From an uncultured Planctomycetia bacterium (lineage in GTDB: Bacteria; Planctomycetota; Planctomycetia; Pirellulales; Thermoguttaceae): a stretch of DNA of 64,000 bases. The notes under the pieces were generated by a model. That model did no database searches and was not told the DNA's origin. It was given only the letters and a program-made list of their open reading frames with translations. The position numbers and the translations under genes are program-made. The stretch covers positions 743,255-807,254 of the forward strand of contig CAVZZZ010000005.1 in assembly GCA_963780045.1 (NCBI GenBank), given 5' to 3'. Shown here piece after piece: positions 13,501 to 23,030 of this stretch (position 1 is its first letter; every line of letters starts with the position of its first letter).

Positions 13501-14128
13501 GCACAACGGCGAGCTGATCCTGGCGAGCCGCTTGGGCTACCGCATTACGCGGCGCTTCGTAAGCCTGTTCTTCGGCCGCGTGTTCGACAACCCGGCCCTG
13601 ATTTTTGACGATTCGATCCTGCGGCCGGAGACACAGGACCGGGAGGCGTTTGCCGACGGCATCAAGTACATTACCGAGGCGCATCAACGGGTTGCGGCGC
13701 ACTATTTCGACGACGGCTCTTACGAGCTGGCCTGTCCGCCGCTGCAGGCGCTCTTGGACCTGATGGCCCAGTGCCGGCCGCTGCCGCGCGGCCGCTCGCA
13801 GGAAGTGCGGCGGATGTTCACCGCGGAATATCTGCTGGAAAGCGAGTGGTATCGCGGGAGGCTTACAATCAAGCAGCAGCGCGATGTGGCGTTATGGAAG
13901 CGGCACTTGGATTACATCGACGGCTTCATTGCGCAGCATAGCCGGCAGCGGACATTCGGCGCGGTGGACGTGCAGGCGCGGCGGCGGCTGGCGGAAACCG
14001 AATTGGCCCGCGTGCGGTCGCCGCAGTATCTGCAAGAGCTCTTCGGCACGCTCGGCGCCGACCCGCTCGAGCCGCGGACCGTAGCGGAACATCGCAAGCG
14101 CCCGGCGGCCGTCGCGGCGGTGGGTTAA
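10572..14128 (+). pseudogene. large (~1185 aa) conserved enzyme, candidate PPi-dependent phosphoenolpyruvate carboxykinase; two frame breaks as given
   Basis: Three colinear track ORFs (10542..11768, 11761..13608 first part, 13145..14128) join sensibly at about 11735-11745 ('EEFHADV|YGNGRTLDDVV') and about 13125-13140 ('NNPPDPARGIRGLAVYNPIHY'). The size and motifs ('DNYFGYCKKEVKTQISYAANLYG', '[23 protein letters not shown]') recall the ~130-kDa PPi-PEPCK family. That assignment is from memory, not verified. The start is taken as ATG 10572 ('MPNTTQRE'). Confidence 0.45.
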
Positions 14129-14230
14129 ACTATTGATAGGCACTGCGCGGGATGGGCAGAAAGGCGCTTTTTCAGAAAACGTAGAGGACTGGCCACGTCG
14201 ATTGAAGTTACGGGCGATTGGGAGGACCTC

Positions 14231-14563
14231 GTGTCCCGGCCGGAGTTCAGGGGGCACCGCGTGAAAATCACGATCGTGGATGATTCGGCTGAGGAAGCCG
14301 TGACTGATGATTGGCTCAATTCCCTTCGGCAGATGGTGCAAAATGGCGTGCTAGTCGTCCAGCCTGCCGATGACAGTCGAGAGGGTATTTACCAGGCAGC
14401 GAAATGGCAGCGACCTAAGGGCAATTCTCGGGGCGTTGCGCTTCGACCTATCCCAAAGCGCTTGCTTCGGCTGCGCTCATTTTTCGCGGCCATCTTACGC
14501 GAAAGCAACGGCCTAAAATCGGCCGATTCAGCCGGACTCGTCCGATCGCCTCCGCTCATGTAA
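14231..14563 (+). CDS. hypothetical small protein (weak call)
   Basis: This is the only sizeable ORF in a 550-bp lower-GC gap. I recognise no domain. It has a GTG start and no obvious SD. Confidence 0.2.
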   Translation: MSRPEFRGHRVKITIVDDSAEEAVTDDWLNSLRQMVQNGVLVVQPADDSREGIYQAAKWQRPKGNSRGVALRPIPKRLLRLRSFFAAILRESNGLKSADSAGLVRSPPLM

Positions 14564-14678
14564 CATCCGATGCCGTAACGGTTTATGGACTCTCCGGCAA
14601 CTGTGTTTTTATCGCTCTTGTGATTCCGGCGGCGGGCGGATAGACTCCGCCGCGGAAAGGTCGAGCGAAGAAACCATT

Positions 14679-15806
14679 ATGATTGCTTCGTTGAAGCGGG
14701 GATTTCTCGCGACGGTGCTATCGGCCGGACTTGCCGTGTCATTTCAAGTCCCGGCGGCCCAAGCGCAACCTGCCGCAATGCCCATTACCGTGCTGGACGA
14801 CGGCCACACCGCCGCCGCGCCGCTGACGCACTACATGGGCGCCCCATACTCCGCCGCGGGCGCGATCGAACCCAATTCGCCTTCGCAGTTCCTGCAAGCC
14901 CAATACGAAGTAGGGCAGCCTTGGCCGTCCGCTCCGGCGGCGCAGCCTTTGCCGGGGCAGCTAGCCGGGCCGCCATGTCCGGTCGCCGCTCCGCCGCCGG
15001 CCGGTTTCGAGCCGCTGCCCACCGAATTGCCGCAGCCGGCCGCATGGGCCACGCCGTGGACTTGGCAAGTCTTGCCCGATGGTTTGATGTACAAGAACTA
15101 TCTGGCCAGTAACGAGGAGGCCCGGCTGGGCACGGAGTTGTACCACAGCAAGGAACTTGGCTGGACGTGGGACTCGAACCTCGGCGCCCACGTGGGGCTG
15201 ATCCGCTACGGAACGCAAGACGCGGCGTGGCCGGAAGGCTTTCAATTGGATGCCGAAGGCGTCGCCTTGGTGCGATTGGACAGCGACCGCAGCATCGTTG
15301 ACAGCGATTTCCGCTTCGGCTTCCCGCTCACTTGGCGTGAAGGCCCGTGGGAATTCAAGTTCGGCTACTATCATATAAGCTCGCATTTGGGCGATATCTA
15401 CATCGAAAACCATCCGGGCATCGAGCGGATCAACTACAAGCGCGAGCAACTCGTGATGGGACTAGCCTATCGTCCCGTGCCCAGCCTGAGATTCTACAGC
15501 GAGGCGAACTGGGCGTTCAATGAAGAGGGCGGCTCCAAGCCTTGGGAGTTCCAGTTCGGCATCGACTACAGCCCCGTGCAGCCCAACGGCTTCTGCGGCG
15601 CGCCTTTCGCCGCGTTCAACACCAAGCTCATGGAAGACGTGAATTACGCCGGCAATTTCACGGTCGAGGCCGGCTGGCAGTGGCGGGGCCAAACGGGCCA
15701 CACGCTTCGTACCGGGCTGACATACTTCAACGGCTACAGCTACGAGCGGCAGTTCTACAACCAGTGGCAGAGCTTCATCGGCGCGGGGCTCTGGTACGAT
15801 TTCTGA
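14679..15806 (+). CDS. secreted outer-membrane beta-barrel protein, DUF1207-like
   Basis: Signal peptide 'MIASLKRGFLATVLSAGLAVSFQVPAAQAQ'. A Pro-rich linker follows. The body has alternating beta-strand patterns and 'FGYYHISSHLGD', and it ends in an aromatic residue ('GLWYDF'). Confidence 0.6.
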   Translation: MIASLKRGFLATVLSAGLAVSFQVPAAQAQPAAMPITVLDDGHTAAAPLTHYMGAPYSAAGAIEPNSPSQFLQAQYEVGQPWPSAPAAQPLPGQLAGPPCPVAAPPPAGFEPLPTELPQPAAWATPWTWQVLPDGLMYKNYLASNEEARLGTELYHSKELGWTWDSNLGAHVGLIRYGTQDAAWPEGFQLDAEGVALVRLDSDRSIVDSDFRFGFPLTWREGPWEFKFGYYHISSHLGDIYIENHPGIERINYKREQLVMGLAYRPVPSLRFYSEANWAFNEEGGSKPWEFQFGIDYSPVQPNGFCGAPFAAFNTKLMEDVNYAGNFTVEAGWQWRGQTGHTLRTGLTYFNGYSYERQFYNQWQSFIGAGLWYDF

Positions 15807-15814
15807 TTTTAGTG

Positions 15815-15831
15815 TGGCACAAGAAGTGCTC
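15815..15831 (+). promoter_or_regulatory. candidate sigma54 (-24/-12) promoter
   Basis: The sequence is TGGCACaagaagTGCTc, with correct GG-N10-GC spacing. It lies 9 bp after the OMP stop and ~140 bp upstream of ATG 15974. Confidence 0.3.
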
Positions 15832-15973
15832 AATGGCGGTAACAGGATTTATAGGTACGCTTTTTGCAAAACGAAGCAACTTCACCAGGAAAACCTGTCG
15901 AAATCCAACGTTGGGCTTTACTGTTTTCGAAGTGTCGATGTATAAACCGTTTTGCCAAGGAGGCAAAGGCAAT

Positions 15974-16261
15974 ATGACAGCCGAAATCGAACGAACTCCG
16001 CCGGCGGACCGGAATGTCGAGGACTTGGTTTGGGCGATGCTGGACGAGCAAATCTCGGATCATGACTTTCACCGCCTGGAGGAACTGCTCAGGGTCGATC
16101 AAGACGCCCGGCAGATCTATTTACAGTGTGTGCAACTGCACGTCGACCTGATGTACCGCTTCAATCCCGACTACAGTCCGGCCGGCCACGCGCCGGTTGG
16201 CCTTCCTGTCGACATGCCCATGCCGAGCGCCGACGCCTCGGTTTCAGATCCGGCGATCTAG
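15974..16261 (+). CDS. short anti-sigma-factor-like N-terminal domain protein
   Basis: SD 'AAGGAGG' lies 10 nt upstream of ATG 15974. 'VEDLVWAMLDEQISDHDFHRLEELLRVDQDARQIYLQCVQLHVDL' resembles the cytoplasmic N-terminus of FecR-type anti-sigma factors. No TM or sensor part follows. Confidence 0.45.
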   Translation: MTAEIERTPPADRNVEDLVWAMLDEQISDHDFHRLEELLRVDQDARQIYLQCVQLHVDLMYRFNPDYSPAGHAPVGLPVDMPMPSADASVSDPAI

Positions 16262-16371
16262 CATTCTCGTCCATCTATCGAGACCGACGGCCGCGGGGCT
16301 CATCCGCGCGAATTCCGGAGGCGAATTGGCATTGCTTCGGCGGCGTGAGCGTGGCTAGAATCCCGCCCGCC

Positions 16372-17517
16372 ATGAAAACTCTCGCCGCGACATCCGCGTT
16401 TGCCGGCCTTGTGCTGCTGTGTGGAGTAGCACGCGCGCAGTACCGGGAAGCGGTGGTCGTCAACGACTCGCGGGAAGTCCTCACGGAGATCATGGCGATA
16501 CCGGCCAACGGCATCCCGGCGTCGCTCCTGGCCAACGCGCAGGGCATCGTGATCGTGCCGGACCTCGTCAAAGGCGGGTTCGTCTTGGGCGCCCGCTACG
16601 GCCGCGGCATCGCCATGGTCCGCGACGAGCGCGGCTTCTGGCGGCCGCCGGCCTTCGTAACGCTTGCCGGCGGCAGCGTGGGCTGGCAAATCGGTCTGCA
16701 AGTGACCGACATCATCCTCGTGTTCAAGACCCGCGGCAGCGTCGACAACCTGATGCGCGGCAAGTTCACCCTCGGCGCCGACGCAGCCGCCGCCGCCGGT
16801 CCCGTAGGCCGCGAAGCCGCCGCCGCCACGGACGCCGCGCTCCGCGCGGAAATCTACACTTACTCGCGGAGCCGCGGGCTGTTCGCCGGCATTTCATTGG
16901 ATGGCTCGGTCCTGCAAATGGACCACACGGCCAACGCCGCATTCTATCAAGGCCACAATGTCACCGATCCGACGCAGTCGATTCCCGTGCCCGCGTCGGC
17001 GATTGCCTTGATGCGGACGGTAGGCTATTACACGGGCACGCCCGGCGAATCGCTGCGGCCCAACGTGGCGGCCCCGCCGGCCGTAAACCCGACGATCCCG
17101 GCGGTTCCAGGCGGACCCCCTCAGGCCGGGCCAGCAGCGCTCGCGCCGGGCGTCGCGGCAGTCGGCGTGCCGACACCCGCCGCGCCTTCGCCCGCCGACA
17201 TCCAGGCGATGCGTCAGCAGCTTTCGACCGCGTCACTTCGGCTGCACACCATACTTGACGCCAATTGGCGGAACTATCTCATGTTGCCCGCCGAGGTCTA
17301 TGCCGGCAACCGGCCGCCCAACGCGGCAGGTCTTCAACAGTCGCTGAACCGGTTCGACACGGTGGCCCGCGATCCGCAATTCCTGGTGCTTTCGCAGCGG
17401 ATCGAGTTTCGGGCCACGCACGAGTGGCTGAAGCGCTACATCGCAGCGACCGCCGCCGCGTCGAGCGCTCCGGCAACCGCGCGTACCGAGCCGACCCTCG
17501 CAGCCCCGCCGCGATAA
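16372..17517 (+). CDS. secreted SYLF (Ysc84/DUF500) lipid-binding-domain protein with Pro-rich linker and C-terminal domain
   Basis: Signal peptide 'MKTLAATSAFAGLVLLCGVARAQ'. Also 'GIVIVPDLVKGGFVLGARYGRGIAMVRD', 'GGSVGWQIG', 'KFTLGADAAAAAGPVGR' and 'IYTYSRSRGLFAGISLDGSVL'. Confidence 0.7.
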   Translation: MKTLAATSAFAGLVLLCGVARAQYREAVVVNDSREVLTEIMAIPANGIPASLLANAQGIVIVPDLVKGGFVLGARYGRGIAMVRDERGFWRPPAFVTLAGGSVGWQIGLQVTDIILVFKTRGSVDNLMRGKFTLGADAAAAAGPVGREAAAATDAALRAEIYTYSRSRGLFAGISLDGSVLQMDHTANAAFYQGHNVTDPTQSIPVPASAIALMRTVGYYTGTPGESLRPNVAAPPAVNPTIPAVPGGPPQAGPAALAPGVAAVGVPTPAAPSPADIQAMRQQLSTASLRLHTILDANWRNYLMLPAEVYAGNRPPNAAGLQQSLNRFDTVARDPQFLVLSQRIEFRATHEWLKRYIAATAAASSAPATARTEPTLAAPPR

Positions 17518-17528
17518 GCGCCGTCAAA

Positions 17529-19344
17529 TCATTGCCCAAGTTCGTAGCAGGCGAACTGTTCGGAATTGCGAACATAGAGCCGGCCGTGGGCGACGACGGG
17601 ATGGTTCCAAGTCTTCCCTTCAATGGCCTGGAAGCGGCACAGTTCGTGATACGCGGTTGGATCGGCGGCAACGAGGACCGCTTCGCCCTTTTCCGAGATC
17701 ACAACGAGCAACGGCTGGTCGGCCAACAACAACACCTGGCCGCTCCCGTAGCGGCCGCCCTTCCACCGCTGCCGGCCGGTTGCCAAGTCGATGCACGTGA
17801 GCACGCGGGTATCGAACCCGTAGGCGGCATCGCCGCAGACCACGAAATCGTTGAACGTAGGTTTCAGGAACCGCGAGGCCCAGCGCTGCTCTTCGGTCCA
17901 CGATCCGCCGTTGTGCGCGAGCGTCCAAGAGGACCGTGCCGACGCCTGCTCCGCCGTCGAAGAGAACTTCCTTGGAGGCCACGACCCGTGGTTGCACCGA
18001 GCACGGGACCCCCGGACTGCCGGCCGTGGCATGTTTCCACAGCAGATTGCCCGAAGGCGGATCGACTGCGAACAGCCCGGAGTTACTGACGGCCAGGACC
18101 GCTTGAGCATCGCCTATGGCGGCAAGTTGCGGCGAGCTGTAGCTGAGCTTGCCCGCCGGGAAGGACCACGCCGGCTCGCCCGAATCGGCGCGATACGCCC
18201 GCAGCGACCTGAGCGAATCGGCGGCGGCGAAATCGCCACAGGCAAAAACGACGACCAGATCGCCGACTACCAGAGGCGAGCTGGAGAAGCCCCACAAGGG
18301 CGGTTTCGTCTCGGCGTCGCGGGCAATATCGCGGGTCCAGCGCCGCTGGCCCGTCCCGGCATCGAGGCAGTTGAGGATACCTGTACGCCCAGCGAAAAGA
18401 TTCGTCCGGCCGCGAAGGTCGGCGTCGCCCGCGGACCGGGTCCGCCCTGGTCGTCTTCGTGCCGCACTGTGTCCTCGTGCGACCAGATGGTATTCCCTGT
18501 CGCCGCGTCGAGGCAAAGCACGGCTTCCTTGTCGCCGGCTTGTTCTTGCGTGAAGAGCCGGCTGCCCACCACGGCCACGGACGACCATGCCGGGCCGATC
18601 GGCCGCTTCCAGAGCAATCGCGGCGGCTTCTCGTTCCAATTGGTGGCGATGCGGACGTCATGCACCGAGCCGTCGCGGTTCGGGCCGCGGAATCCCGGCC
18701 AATCGCCCGGCTTAAGGGCTAGTTCCAGCTTCGCGGCGGACGACGATTCGGCGACGGCCGCGGGCTTGTTGTTGCTGGCGCGCTCCTTGAGGTAAACCTG
18801 CTCGGCCGTCGGGCTGAAACGAGAATGCACCGCAAACTGAAACGCGCCGTCCACTCCTTCGGTGCGGACCAACAGAAAGCCGCAACCAGCCAGGCCGAGC
18901 AAAACGCACAAGGCGGCCGTGCGGCGCTCGCTCGCCATTGTCCGCAGCACCAGCACGCCAAGGCCCCATACGGTCATGCCGATCGGCAAGCCGAAAAGGA
19001 ATAAAAGGCCGCCGGCCGTTTTGTGGGCGAGCAGCGGCGTGGCGACGCCGACAAGAATGGCCGCGGCAAGCACCCACAAACGCTCCTTCCACCGAACGCG
19101 GCTCCAGGCAAGCCACCATACTAGAAAGAGCAGCACCGCAACGCCCGTAGTGGCCATCAGGAGCAAGAAACGCCAAATAGCCCAAAGAGGCGCCGACTTC
19201 CGTCCAGCGCAGTAGCGCATGAACGATCCAGTAAACGGCCACCAGCGCAATGGCCGGCCAGACCCGCGGCGGCTTCACAGCTCTGCTGGCTGGTTCTTGA
19301 GGCAAATCAGACGAAACGGGGGTATTCTCGGAAGTATTGGACAT
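17529..19344 (-). pseudogene. membrane-anchored PQQ-like beta-propeller repeat protein (BamB-like fold), at least 3 frame breaks as given
   Basis: Four colinear minus-strand ORFs cover the gene. ORF 18712..19344 gives the N-terminus 'MSNTSENTP...WPAIALVAVYWIV'. ORF 18267..19250 gives TM helices, then 'DWPGFRGPNRDG'. ORF 17620..18639 gives 'LNCLDAGTGQRRW'. ORF 17529..18110 gives 'CIDLATGRQRWKG' and 'WNHPVVAHGRLYVRN'. Confidence 0.7.
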
Positions 19345-19477
19345 GCAGTTATTCTAGTGCTTTGCATGAAGCCGCGACAAGGCGTTTGCGGGAGTGGCGC
19401 GGAACTCGCTCAAAAGGTTTTTCCGCGCTTCGATCATCGACGTTCTACAGCCAATTCCAACGAAGTCCAAAAAATGC

Positions 19478-19505
19478 TTGACTACCTTGCAAGAGAGGCT
19501 ACAAT
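19478..19505 (+). promoter_or_regulatory. sigma70-type promoter candidate TTGACT-N16-TACAAT
   Basis: Near-consensus hexamers read directly from the sequence. The site lies ~135 nt upstream of ATG 19640. Confidence 0.4.
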
Positions 19506-19639
19506 GTAGCGGTAGGTTTGATTCCCTTATAAGACCTTTTCACGGAAGCGCACATCCAACCACGAGGCAGCGGCTGATCGGCAAGAGTTACGGCAGCAAT
19601 GCATAGGCGGCCACTGATTTGGCCGCTTGCCGACGAGAT

Positions 19640-20350
19640 ATGGAAACCCGGTTCTTCGCCCGGCGGCCCTTCCCCCGGCGGCTCGGCGCTTTCCGCCTGT
19701 TGATCTCTCTCTTTTGCTTGGCCGCGCGGAACCCTCGCCTGTCGGCCTCGGTTTGCCATCCAGGACCGTCGTTCCCCGTGCCGATCATTGAGTCGCTAAA
19801 CAGCAGTGAAACGGCCAGCGGCTTTTCCGCGGCCGGCAACGTGACGCTTGTCGGCAGCGGGCTTTACGGCATGACGATCGGCGGCGCCAACACGCTTGGC
19901 AACGTTTTTGGCGTCGGGGTCAACAGCACGAACTACCAAAACCTGATTTCCTTTACCGGCAGCGGCGGAACGGCGAGCGGCGCGAACCCGCAGGGCAGCC
20001 TGACGCTCGTCGGCAGCGGGCTTTACGGCATGACAAATGGCGGCGGCGCGGACAGTTACGGCAACGTCTTCAGCGTCGGCACGGACGGCACGAGCTACCA
20101 GGAACTTTACGACTTCACTGGCGGCACGGATGGCGCATTCCCGCTGGGCGATTTGACGCTTAGCAACGGAACGTTGTTTGGAATGACCGACCAGGGAGGC
20201 GCAAGCGGCGTGGGGACCGTTTTCGCCCTCGCCTTGCCCGCGCCCACGCCCGAACCGGGCACGCTCGCGCTTGCCGGCGGCGGCGCGGCGCTCGTGCTGG
20301 CGGCGCAACGCTGGCGACGGCGGCAACCAAGGCGTGGACAGCAAGCATGA
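19640..20350 (+). CDS. PEP-CTERM-anchored secreted repeat protein
   Basis: Three repeats of 'LTLVGSGLYGMT.GGG....GNVF.VG.DGT.YQ'. The C-terminal sorting signal is 'PEPGTLALAGGGAALVLAAQRWRRR'. The track ORF starts at 19619. ATG 19640 gives a signal-peptide-like N-terminus. Confidence 0.75.
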   Translation: METRFFARRPFPRRLGAFRLLISLFCLAARNPRLSASVCHPGPSFPVPIIESLNSSETASGFSAAGNVTLVGSGLYGMTIGGANTLGNVFGVGVNSTNYQNLISFTGSGGTASGANPQGSLTLVGSGLYGMTNGGGADSYGNVFSVGTDGTSYQELYDFTGGTDGAFPLGDLTLSNGTLFGMTDQGGASGVGTVFALALPAPTPEPGTLALAGGGAALVLAAQRWRRRQPRRGQQA

Positions 20351-21807
20351 ATCATCCTGTCTTGATCGTCGGCGCTGGGCCGGTCGGAATGACCATGGCC
20401 GCTGAACTCACGCGCTATGGCGTGCCCGTTCGCATCATTGACAAGGCCCCCGCTCGCACGGACAAATCGAAGGCGCTGGTTATCTGGAGCCGCACCCTGG
20501 AACTCCTGGACCGGGGCGGAGGCGCAAGCGCGTTTATTGACGCGGGTTTCAAAGCCCTGGCGGCGAACTTCATCGTCCACGACAAAACCCTCGGCCGTGT
20601 CAACTTGGATACGATCGAAAGCCCCTATCCTTTTGCCCTCATGCTCCCGCAATCCGAGACGGAGCGCCTGCTGGAAGAAAGGCTCCATGCCCTCGGCGTC
20701 ACCATCGAGCGTCCGGTGGAACTGGTCAGTTTCACGCCCGCGCCCGATGGAGTTGACGCTGTGCTGCGTCATGCGGACGGGCGGCAGGAGAACGTCTCCA
20801 CGGATTGGTTGCTGGGATGCGATGGCGCGCACAGCGCCGTGCGGCACGGCCTTTCCGCGGCCTTTGCCGGGGAAACCATGAAGAGCGACTGGATTCTGGC
20901 CGACGTCCGTGCCAGCGGTTATCCGTTCCCCGACACGGAAGTTTCCATTTATTGGCATCGGGACGGGGTGTTTGTGATATTTCCCATCGCTCCAGGCCGC
21001 TATCGCGTCATGGCCGATCTGCCTCCCACTGTCGGCGATCAGCCGCCCTCGCCGACCCTGGAGCAAGCGCAGGCGGTCGTGGACCGCCGAGGACCGTCCG
21101 GGATGCGCCTCCACGACCCCATCTGGCTGACCGGTTTCCGGATCAACGGGCGCAAAGTAGCGGACTATCGCCGCGGGCGCGTCTTTCTTTCCGGCGACGC
21201 CGCTCACGTCCACAGCCCGGCGGGCGGGCAGGGCATGAACACGGGCATGCAGGATGCGTTCAACCTGTCGTGGAAATTGGCCCTCGTGATCCGCGGGAAC
21301 TGCGGCGAACAGTTGTTGGAAAGTTACAGCCCCGAGCGCAGCGGCGTCGGCGACCATGTCCTCAAGGCGGCTGGCCGATTGACGGAAATTGGCACGATGC
21401 ATAACCCCGTGTTGCAAACCATCCGCAACATCGTCGGCCATGCCGTGCTGGGCCTCGTGCCGGTTCAACGGGCCCTTGCCGCCAACATGAGTGAAATCAC
21501 CATTGGTTATCCGAAAAGCCCGCTGAACGGTTCGGCCTTGGCAAAAGGGCCGAAACCGGGCGAACGCGCGGCCCCGGTCGCCGGTCGCAAGCCCTTCGGG
21601 TCGGGCAGTACCCCGCAATTCAGTTTGTGTGCCGTGGAATCCGCGGCGACAGCGCAACTCGTCAAAGAATTTGAGGACTTGTTGAGCCCTGATTTACTCC
21701 TGCCGCCGAGCCAGGATGGAATCTGGCTCGTCCGCCCCGACGGTTACGTTGCATGCGCCGCCAAAGATGTGTCCGCCATCTCGGATTATTTGACTGGTCT
21801 TACTTGA
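20347..21807 (+). CDS. FAD-dependent aromatic-ring monooxygenase (PheA/TfdB-like)
   Basis: Rossmann motif 'VLIVGAGPVGMTMAAEL', 'CDGAHSAVR' and 'GDAAHVHSPAGGQGMNTGMQDAFNL'. An ATGA overlap joins it to the preceding gene. Confidence 0.85.
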   Translation: MNHPVLIVGAGPVGMTMAAELTRYGVPVRIIDKAPARTDKSKALVIWSRTLELLDRGGGASAFIDAGFKALAANFIVHDKTLGRVNLDTIESPYPFALMLPQSETERLLEERLHALGVTIERPVELVSFTPAPDGVDAVLRHADGRQENVSTDWLLGCDGAHSAVRHGLSAAFAGETMKSDWILADVRASGYPFPDTEVSIYWHRDGVFVIFPIAPGRYRVMADLPPTVGDQPPSPTLEQAQAVVDRRGPSGMRLHDPIWLTGFRINGRKVADYRRGRVFLSGDAAHVHSPAGGQGMNTGMQDAFNLSWKLALVIRGNCGEQLLESYSPERSGVGDHVLKAAGRLTEIGTMHNPVLQTIRNIVGHAVLGLVPVQRALAANMSEITIGYPKSPLNGSALAKGPKPGERAAPVAGRKPFGSGSTPQFSLCAVESAATAQLVKEFEDLLSPDLLLPPSQDGIWLVRPDGYVACAAKDVSAISDYLTGLT

Positions 21808-21885
21808 AAGAGGAGATACATTTTTTGGCTACCTTTGTTCTCTTCCAAAGCGAGCCGCGGCTGCACCTGCCCGCGGCGTGCCTTT

Positions 21886-22947
21886 TCACTTTCCGGCAGT
21901 GAGCGCCGCGAAACCGAACCGGTCTTCGCCCGAATCGAACTCGCCGTTGACGGCATACCACTGGCCGTCGACGCGGCGAAAGAGCTTTTTGACGCTCACC
22001 GTGTCGTTGGTGGCGAAGGCAAGAGCGCCGATGACGCCCAGGGCGAGAAACCCGGTCGTGGATTGGCGCGTCAGCTTGATCTCGCCGGACACTTCGGCCA
22101 GGTCGCCTTCAACTCGCTCGATGCGAATTTTGCGGACGCTGGCTTGCGTACCTTTGTAATGCAGCGCCTTCCAGTAGTCGCGGAAGCCCTCGAACTTGTC
22201 GAAACAGAAAGAGTCGGAATCGAGGCCGAACTTGGGCATCGCCGGCCGCAGCCGAAGCGATTCGTCCTTGTCGGCATCCAATACGCAGTGGTAGGCGAAA
22301 AGATAGCACTTTCGGCAAAGCCTGCCCCAAAATGCCTTGGCACCTTTCAACGGCGTGGTGCGGCCGAAATACTTGACGGCAAACAGGTCCCGGACTCCAA
22401 AGATCAGCGTCAACGCGGCGGCAAATATGCCGATGATCGTCGCTATGAACCCGATGACGAAAAGGCCCGAGCGCTGGTCGTGCGAAAACCCGAACACGGC
22501 GGCAACAATCGACAGCAAGGTCACGGCAGCCAGGATGAGCGTGGACATTGGGAACCAGCCCGTCACCTCCCACGGCAGCTTGCGCGGTGGACCGGCGGCC
22601 GGTTGCGCCAAACGGAGCTCCTTGTCCTTCAACCGGCCGGCCGCCGACTCCTCGTCAAAACCCGGTGGAATCTCCGTTTTGCAAAACTTGCAGCGGACGG
22701 CAACGCGAAGGATCGTCTCGCCGCAGTGAGGGCATTTCTTTGTCGGCTCCGATGCTTTGACGGGCTTTGCAGCCACAGCGGGCGCGGCTGGGACGCGCAA
22801 CGCTTCGCGACAATGCGGACACTGCACGACCTTGCCGAAATGCTGCTCACTGGCCGCAAGCGCTTTGCCGCAAGCCGGACAACGTAGATGCATGAGAGTT
22901 CTCCGCGGGAGTTTCGCGCCGCCGGTCTTAGTGCGCTTCGCCGGCAA
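21886..22947 (-). CDS. zinc-ribbon membrane protein of unknown function
   Basis: Two CxxC...CxxC ribbons ('CPACG...CPHC', 'CPHCG...CKFC'), two TM helices, and a ~170-aa C-terminal domain. An alternative start is ATG 22893 ('MHLRCPACG'). Confidence 0.6.
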   Translation of the reverse strand: MPAKRTKTGGAKLPRRTLMHLRCPACGKALAASEQHFGKVVQCPHCREALRVPAAPAVAAKPVKASEPTKKCPHCGETILRVAVRCKFCKTEIPPGFDEESAAGRLKDKELRLAQPAAGPPRKLPWEVTGWFPMSTLILAAVTLLSIVAAVFGFSHDQRSGLFVIGFIATIIGIFAAALTLIFGVRDLFAVKYFGRTTPLKGAKAFWGRLCRKCYLFAYHCVLDADKDESLRLRPAMPKFGLDSDSFCFDKFEGFRDYWKALHYKGTQASVRKIRIERVEGDLAEVSGEIKLTRQSTTGFLALGVIGALAFATNDTVSVKKLFRRVDGQWYAVNGEFDSGEDRFGFAALTAGK

Positions 22948-23030
22948 GAACCCTCAGACCGGCGCAAAGCAAATCTTAACGTGCATTGCACGCGCGTGTC
23001 AATGATCGTCAGACAGCACGGCTACAACAC

